Source of the DNA: Antedon mediterranea
Taxonomy: Eukaryota; Animalia; Echinodermata
Assembly: GCF_964355755.1 (NCBI RefSeq)
Contig: NC_092674.1
Location: 16,492,001-16,556,000 of the forward strand
DNA: 64,000 bases
Direction: 5' to 3'
This document shows, in pieces, positions 12,833-64,000 of the stretch (its first letter is position 1; the number at the start of each line of letters is the position of its first letter). The notes beneath the pieces were generated by a model, which searched no databases, had not been told where the DNA came from, and was given only the letters and a program-made list of their open reading frames with translations. A program made the translations under genes and the position numbers.

Positions 12833-15159
12833 ACTTTATAATATTAATTATTCAAAATATCAAAACAATTTAGTGTATATATATGTAAACTCTCACTTTT
12901 TCAATCAAGGTTACAAATCAAAATTCGAAATGGTTTCGACTTACCCCAAATGCTTCGGATCCAATTAAAAATGAATTAAAGGAATGCAAAAAGTGTTCAA
13001 AAATGTATAAATGTTCAAACAACGAATTAAAGAAATGTTAAAGTGCTCATCAATGTTCAAATTTTCCGAATTCCGAATTCCGATACAAAGGTCAATTTCT
13101 TAAATATAAAAGTATATCTTTATATCACATTATATACGCCATATAAACAGTCAACAGATCATTAATTAAGATTCCTGATTTCTTCAAAATGCACAAGGAA
13201 AATAAACGTCTAGAAGCTCTAGACACAATATTATTAGTGTTAAGTTCCCATTTCAGGTCATTTTGAATGATTACACCAAGAAGCGTCATGTGATCAACTA
13301 TTTGTAAAATGGAACCACTCAGACTAAAAGAAGGCGATATAATATCATCCGACTTGTCTTTAAGAAAATTGACAACCAAGATATGGCATTTGGAGGGTTG
13401 GGGTATCATATTATTGGATGAACACCAAACACTCAGATCATCTAACAGGGATTGCATGGAAGGCAAATCACCTTTGCGAACGACCTCCCCAAGGGTGAGG
13501 TCATCCACATATTTCCATCGTCTGCAGCAATCAACACAAGCATCGTTAATAAGTACTAGGAAAAGTACAGGGCCAAGCAATGTCCCCTGTGGGACACCAC
13601 AAGTCAGTGACTTGGAAGATGACAAAATCTCAGCAAACTTGGTGTTGAGAGAACGGGAAGTGAGAAAGCTGCAGACGATGGGAATTATGGACGACCTCAC
13701 ACCCAGTTCAATCAACTTTATAAAAATAACATTATGATCAACACGATCAAAAGCTTTAGTAAAGTCAGTGGCACATAGGTTAACATAACATTTACCCTTC
13801 TCAACATCTTTGAGTGTAGAGTCAATAAGACTAACAAGATAGTGAGTTGAGGAAGCCTTTTTCCTACTACCAAATTGACGAGAATCTAATTTACCCTTAA
13901 TATCTTCAAGAATCCACTTAACAATAAAAGATTCAAATACCCTGGCAAGAATATAGGTAAGGGAAATAGGTCTAAGGTCAGAGACAGAACTAGCATTCAC
14001 AATTTTAGGAATGGGAACTGCAGTAGCCCTTTTCCAAAGGTCGGGGAAAACACCATCCTTCAATGCATGATTGAAGATATCCGCAACAGGCTCAGCAAGT
14101 TCAGGAGCAAAATCTCTAGATAGTTTAATAGGGGGTTCATCTGGATGGCCAGCTTTGTTAGGCTTAAGATTACAAAGGGCTTTTAGGACCTGACCAGCAT
14201 ATATTAAAAGTGGTGGCCCAGGGGCTGGGAGATAAGCAGGCAAATCGTTTAAATTAAGAGGAGGGATGGCATTACAAACACTAAAGAAATGGGCATTAAT
14301 CTCAGAGGCAGTTTCAACTTTGGACAGCCCAGGCAAGGTGAAATTAGTATTTTTAGTCTTAAGATTACATAGTTGCTTAACACCTTTATGCCACATGGCA
14401 GGGTTGTTATAACGTTTAAGACTTAATAAGGAATTACAATAATATTTGTTTTTAGCCTTTCTAATACAATCTTGGACTAAGTTGCGAATTGAACGCCACT
14501 CATCCGTTCTACCAAACCTACGAAACAAATTTTGTCTAGAGTCAATTAATCTTCGAATCTTGTCGGACATCCAGGGCTTGTCAGCAGTGCGCTTGTTCCT
14601 AATCAGCACAGGAGAGATCTTGTTAAAAGCACCATTCAAAATTGAAGAGAACATTTTGGTTTTTCAAATGTTTATGAAATTAATTTCATGTAAATTGTAA
14701 ACGAAGATTCTCAACTACTTTTCTTATAGGCATTTACATACATAGCATGCCTGAATGCCACACGTGTCATCGTGGCTGTAACTCCAGCTAGCATCAGATA
14801 CCTTGGAGAAACAAAAGTTACTACAACACGTATGAAGGTATGAAACATTTTTAACGCATTACTGTTCAATTTCAATTTTTTTAATAGACATTTATTTACA
14901 AAATCTGAATACATACTGTAGGAAAACAAGAAACAGGCTTGTACCGAATTATAAAAGTATCAGAAAATGAAGGAAAAAGCCCTGAAAGATGTTTGTAAAC
15001 ATCTTGTGTTGGGCGAGCCTTAACACAAATAAAAAAGAAAAGAAATGCATTGAAGAAAATCATAATAAATTTCATAATCTAAAATATGAATAACAGAAAA
15101 AAAAAAAAAAATCTGTTGGTACTGCAGATCGAGACATGACCGATTAATAAATATTTAAT

Positions 15160-15500
15160 AAGTAGAAAAGGTGTATTTTTTTAATTTTGAGAGAAGTGTC
15201 TTAGGGGAAGCAGATTTTAAAATGGAGGGTGGTAGGTTGTTCCATAGGGTGGGTCCAGAGTATCGAAAAGAATTTGTTCTATGGGAGGGTACAGATAATT
15301 TATTTTTAGTACGTGTGTGATGGGAATGATAGAAGGAATTGGAAGTAAATAGATAACAAAGATGGTGAGGAAGGATGTTGTTTAAGTCAGAGTAGACAAA
15401 AATGGTTTGTTGAATTAAATTGATATCATTGAGTTTGATGAGATTAAGATTTGAAAATAAATGAGAGGTAATGGGAAAGCGGAGTCTAAAACATGAGGTA
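15160..15500 (-). mobile_element. L2/Crack-like LINE 3' fragment
   Basis: Translates to TSHLFSNLNLIKLNDI...HHTR...SFRYSGPTLWNNLP...KLKKY. Confidence 0.7.
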
Positions 15501-16771
15501 ACTATTTAGAAAGATTGAAATCGTGTACGATTTTCCTGTGAACTGCATTTGCAGCTTCAGTGTAACGTACCTCTTTGTTATGCAAATTTGCTGAGTCTTC
15601 GGAGACTCCGATTAAATGAATGAATTTGCACTGCCCCGATTCAGTGAGGGTTTCTTTAATCTTGCATGAGCTGAGATAATCAAAGGAAAAATATGGTAAG
15701 GCTAGAGTTTTTTTGATTATTTTTATTATATATAAAAATGTTTGCTCAAAGACTTGTTTTACTGGTAAAATGTTTTATAAACATACAACACTACAAGACT
15801 TAAATTGAAAAAAAAAAATTTGTTCGAGCTAGTATTGAAATTAAATAATCATAGTACTGTAGTAGAGAGGCCTAGTAGGCCTATGCATACTTATTATTAG
15901 GCTAATAATTAATATATAGTAGGCCCTGGGATCTAGTACTAGTATTATTACTACCATATATTAGTAGGCAAGACCTAGGTGCTAGGTTCAGTGAGTTTAT
16001 GGCATTCATGCTTAAAGCATATCCATTTAATCATATTATTACTAATGTGTAAAAAATAAAAAATACTCCCAATGATTTAAAATCAGAGAAAATTAAAGAG
16101 CTGGGTGTGGTTGTAAATTCAAAATCAAATGCCCATGATTCATCAATTAGTGAAATCAAAATCTGGAAGCCCTTACCACTTACAAATGCATGAATGTTGA
16201 ATTAGAGATGTTAACAAACTTGACAACTGATAATGGTGTAGACAGTAGATGTGGCACGAAAAATCTATTTAGACTTCATGCTGCGTTTCAGTGGAATGTT
16301 TAAATTTTCGTTGTCCGATTCACACACAATTTTGCTTTGTGTTGCCTCTTATAGGGGGTGTCACGAAACCTAAGATCACAAAAAGTAAGACCCCCTAAGA
16401 CCTAAGAACACAAGACGCAAGACCTTAAAAACAATAATTATTGATCAACTCCTTTGCAGACCTAGTTCTACTAAAACTAGATGCATTTTTCTTTGAAAAA
16501 TAGTTAAGTACCAAACATTATTTAAAACTCTTACCTTTTAACACCCTGTAACAGAAATTTGAAATTGTAATTCAAGTGTAACTTAAACCAGGGAGTTGTT
16601 AACAAATCTGTCAAACTGGTAATATGATGAAGCGGGCTCCAAGTCGGAATATTCTCAAGCACACACATAATTTGCATAACAATGAGAACTAAAATGCGTT
16701 GTGAATCTCTGTAAATAGTTATCTGAGTTAAAAATATGTTAAAATCCAATTTTTGAAATTATGTTTTTCAG

Positions 16772-59870
<43,099 letters not shown>

Positions 59871-60118
59871 AAAAGTTTTTAAAATGTCTAAGGCTATTCA
59901 AAATAAATTATATTATAGCCATGTTATATTAGAGAGGCCAAGACATAAATACGGAGGGTCTATATCAATTAATTGATATTGCAGACTTAAAAAAAAGAGA
60001 GTAAAATTAGGAGATTCTTTGATGTAGAATACGAATTGGAATAAAATTAAATAAGTATAAATGTTCAAGACATAAACACATCATCGGTATTATTATTCTT
60101 TAGGTCTTTATACTGTTA

Positions 60119-61800
60119 TTGCTCATAACAGTTGTTGAATGTGCTGGTGGTAAGCCATCAGCTATGAATGATGACATTTACAAAATAAGAGTAAAGCTTG
60201 TTGAAGGTTCATTTGCTGTCCCATGTTGTGAGCGAACACGATTAGAACAGACTGCCATTACACGATTTTACAGAAATAGGCATCGATATTCTCTGCGATG
60301 AGGTTCACAAGAACTATTTCTTGATGATAGGAGGGTACTGAGAACGTCTGAGCTTCGAAAGGTTGTCTCAGATGCGCATTTTAAAATCAAAGGATCTGGT
60401 GCAAGACGTCTAAATCACAAGCTCAAAGAGAGTGTTTCTGGCCTATTAGAGAAAAGGCGTATCTTGCATCCAAACACATAAATAAAAGAGCAAAAATTAA
60501 TCAACAGCGACGACTTAAAATACCTATATATGAACTAGTGGACAACGTTTTTATAAAATTTCCATCAAAATCATCTCGAGTTTGTAGTAGGTTAAATGTT
60601 ACCTTAAAAATTATGAAAAGAAATTTAAAAAAGAATAAATACAAAGTAACATTTGTCCACCGTACTACAAAAGAAGACCCTGATATTACTGAGATAACGC
60701 TAGCACAACAGAAAAAAAGAGAATATCTTTATGGAAAAAGCAAATTACCGGTAATAAATCAAATTACTTTTTTACTATTGATCAACAGGCTCGATTAGAT
60801 TGATCATGATCAGTTTTCATACAATCCGATTGGTGATGGAAATCTTCTGCGTTAACACATAAATTAAGAACTATTGACATAGATAGGTCTCGGAAGTTGT
60901 ACGATTTCTCCACATACATAACTCATTGTGGTCTTCATTCATCACAGAATCTCCACAAAGGTACCTAATCGAATTAAATGGTTCAAGATGGCACGTATGG
61001 CGATCAAATTACTCTCCAGGCCGTTTCGGATATTTTTAATGTACAAATATTTGTTGTTCATCTCTTAACCAAGGACTACACTGATAAAGTGGTATGAGGG
61101 AAAATGTTGTTTTCATTTAAAATTCCTTGCATTGTCATAGGACATTTAGCAGAAGGAAATGGTGAGCACTTTGTTTCACTCCGACATGATTTAGACAACT
61201 GATTTCTATCATTAAAATCAGTACTCAAATTTTAATAGAGGATGAAATTTCTGAAAATGATGCTGCAAATCAAGATGTAACGTTTCCTAAGAGGAAGATG
61301 CTGAAAGCTCAAGTAGAGATTACGCAATTTCCGATGAACCGGGTGAAAACTTAGGTAACTTTCGCTGGGGGGGGGGGGGGGTGGAGGGAATATGAAAGCA
61401 CAAATTCCGATGAATCGGGTGAAAACTTACTTAGCAGTAACACAAATCAAGATGAACCTGCAGAATGTCAATTTACAAACTGCCATTCGAAATTTTAGTT
61501 CAGATTGCACAATATGCCACGAGACACGACATTTCATCTCGGCAATTCCTGCCATGTGTCAGTAGAAGTCATTCCCCTAAAGAATTATGTTTATATATAA
61601 ATCCAGCAATGCAACACGCATTAAACTTAGGATCCTCTTAAGTGTGAACAAAATTGTAAGAAATTCAGGAATACAGTGGACTGAGTATGAATATTCGAAG
61701 TATTATAAATGCCGCATTGTGGTATTTTGCATGGTTGGTTGTATCCAGAAATGATCAACCAGCTGGGTAGTATACACAAACGCGTATGATTTTAGAGGAA
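60119..61800 (+). pseudogene. Decayed Ginger-like integrase-derived ORF with OTU protease and F-box-like remnants
   Basis: RRVLRTSELRKVV...KGSGARRL (integrase Zn-region-like); YNPIGDGN; MVQDGTYGDQITLQAVSDIFNVQIFV; IGHLAEGNGEHFVSL (OTU); KLPFEILVQI. Confidence 0.6.
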
Positions 61801-63027
61801 AAAAATTAACAGTCACATAAAATGTTGTTTTTCAAAGTTCTAATTTCATAATAGTCTCCAGATTGTTTTTAAATTAAGTTTTTGATATTTTTTTTTTGTT
61901 GAGTTATAGATTAGTATGTTGCTGTTTTGTTTCCTTTACATCCCAAATTACAGAAGACATATTACATAGGATACTAAGTTATGCACACAATGTAAAGATG
62001 GTGTAATGTCAGTATATGAGAGTAATACAATTATGCATAATGTCAATTATGAATGCATTCTTAACTATTATAGTAATATAAGTAGCCCTAAGTAAAACAT
62101 AGTTAAAGACGAAAACGAATCAAAAGACACGTTGATAAACCTAATTTAAAAGAACACATCAATCAATCAAAAGGCCAACATCTATCATACCTGTTAATTT
62201 TCAATAAAAAAAAGAAAGATCAAAACAAATCTTTAGTATATTGTTTGTTTTCTGCTGAGAAATGTAATGCATATATCAAGAAAACGTAACGCTTCCTAAA
62301 ATAAGTGTTTAGTCAATATTAATATACGCGTTACATGACAGGAAATTAAGGTACATTCCGCTCACAGCCTTCACCTGAAGTTTATGTCCACTATCCTTTC
62401 TTTTAATTTATTTGTTTTACCTCAAATAAAAAATTTAAAGTGAAAAAGCCTAATAGAAAGCAGTATACAGTAACACGTCTTAAGCTGCTGCCAGTTGTGA
62501 AGATATGATAAAAATGTTGATTTCAGAAAATCGCGCGTTCAAATTTCATTAAAATGCAACATGACGTTACATAACATTATGTTTGTACATTCTAATGAGA
62601 TATGACGTTTTCAAAATAATGTATAATCTTCCTAATTTTACAAACTTTTTAAAGTTAAGCCTACATGTGCGCAATTTGTCACATTAAATGTGCTCGTATA
62701 ACCAGCATTGATGTCGAATAATAGTCCTAAGGTTTGACAAATGCACTTCAGATTGTGCTTTAAAAAAGTGCGCACGTAACGCATTGGAATTTACGAAACG
62801 CCTCAAAAAGATTTTAAACTCTTATCCATCAAAAACATTTAATAATTTTTTTAAACATTTGTTTAAAATTTGACACATAGGCCTACTTACATGCATAATC
62901 TGCCATTCTTTGATAACGCATGACTTGAAGTTTGTGACTACTTTAATTCTAGGGGTCCAGTTATGAAATATTGTAAAAACCTTTTTTTAATTCAATTTGA
63001 ATAGAAAACAACGATAGGCCTACGGTA

Positions 63028-63364
63028 GAAACTAATACTTTAGAGACATTGTCTAACTAAAACAACACATTTTTACATTTGCGGGTGGCGGGTGACATGT
63101 TTTTACATTTGTGATATTAGGTTGCCTAGAATACAAAGTATTCCATGATTTGTTTTAATTCTAGCGGCGTATGTTGCGTGCGCGACACATGAGTTGAAAC
63201 TAATACTTTAGAGACATTGTCTAACTAAAACAACACATTTTTACATTTGCGGGTGGCGGGTGACATGTTTTTACATTTGTGATATTAGGTTGCCTAGAAT
63301 ACAAAGTATTCCATGATTTGTTTTAATTCTAGCGGCGTATGTTGCGTGCGCGACACATGAGTTG
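63028..63364. repeat. Perfect 168-bp tandem duplication
   Basis: GAAACTAATACTTTAGAGAC... at 63028 and 63196. Confidence 0.95.
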
Positions 63365-64000
63365 CGTTCTAACACTCACTTCCCGTCAAAGCGAAATCAA
63401 AACGAACAAGTACGGTAGAGCAACTGTTCACTGAACTACGCTGTTACGCAAAAGAATCCGTTAAAGATGTATTGTCCCCTTGGACATTTTTTCTTGTTTT
63501 TGTTGAATATGCCATTTTAATATCACATAATAGTTCACTTTGACCAAAAATTGGATTGGAAAAAAGATGTATTCACCTGAAAAACTGTAATTTAAAGCAA
63601 AACTTAGAACTTAACAATTTATTTTGTCATATTTTTACATATTGGTGATAAAACTTTGTTGTGTACTGTGATTATGTTTAAAGTTGGCGTTCAAATACGA
63701 TGGTAATATTTTATGAACAGTACCTATTTAATTTGAACAACTCTATTTCAACATTCAAAATCTTAATTTGTCTATCTCTTTTTGTCCAACATTTTTCTTT
63801 TACTTTTTTGTGATGGCAAAATACCATGATGAACATGCGTAATCAAAATGATGTTGAATACGAGCAGAACATTTTCTGGCGTTTTAAGGAATGATGCCTG
63901 TCTATATAACAACTTTTGTCTGGTACCAATTTTGTTTACAACTAGCAACATTTTCACTTGTTAACGACTGGTCAAGTGATAGATAGGTAATTTAAACAAG

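Larger units (their letters stand above)
5730..13129 (-). mobile_element. Ty3/Gypsy LTR retrotransposon 1 (5' LTR mostly deleted)
   Basis: TG...CA ends, TTAT TSD (5726-5729, 13130-13133), 3' LTR 5730-6354, PPT next to 6355, 55-bp 5' LTR remnant 13075-13129, gag-PR-RT-RH-IN order. Confidence 0.95.
5151..14660 (-). mobile_element. 5'-truncated CR1/L2-group LINE (RT), interrupted by the Gypsy at 5730-13129
   Basis: RT ORF 13125-14654 (RPISLT, DFTKAFD, GVPQGT, YVDD). Removing the Gypsy and one TTAT restores MAYIRPILEYAAPVW into 5372-5729. T-rich tail at 5151-5173. Confidence 0.9.

Noticed and set aside
7188-14700. Many + strand ORFs over the Gypsy and LINE
   Set aside because: Antisense shadows of minus-strand coding sequence, with no recognisable motifs.

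Overview
AT-rich eukaryotic (metazoan, probably marine invertebrate; this is inferred from gene structure and TE content) genomic window. It holds the 3' part of one spliced + strand gene, an ABCC5/MRP5-like ABC transporter: 15 GT-AG exons from 16772 to the stop at 59870, covering NBD1, TMD2 and NBD2. The upstream exons lie outside the window. The introns are packed with nested transposable elements, several of which can be reconstructed to the base with TSDs. These include: a near-intact Ty3/Gypsy with an HHDD RT motif inside a CR1/L2-group LINE; an RTE-like LINE split by a second Gypsy, an Academ-type element and a Nin/Deu-core SINE; two inverted Academ derivatives carrying a 30-bp minisatellite; nested Helentron-type HINEs; Penelope, pogo, Harbinger, Rex and Kolobok-like remnants; and a decayed Ginger-like integrase-OTU-F-box-like element after the gene. 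The most unusual object is the second Gypsy (32393-39740). It has an HhH-like Gag N-terminus, an H3K4me3-type PHD finger at the integrase C-terminus, and an extra CCHH-finger ORF behind a splice acceptor in the env position. No prokaryotic systems or CRISPR arrays are supported. Family names come from motif recognition by eye, not from database searches.
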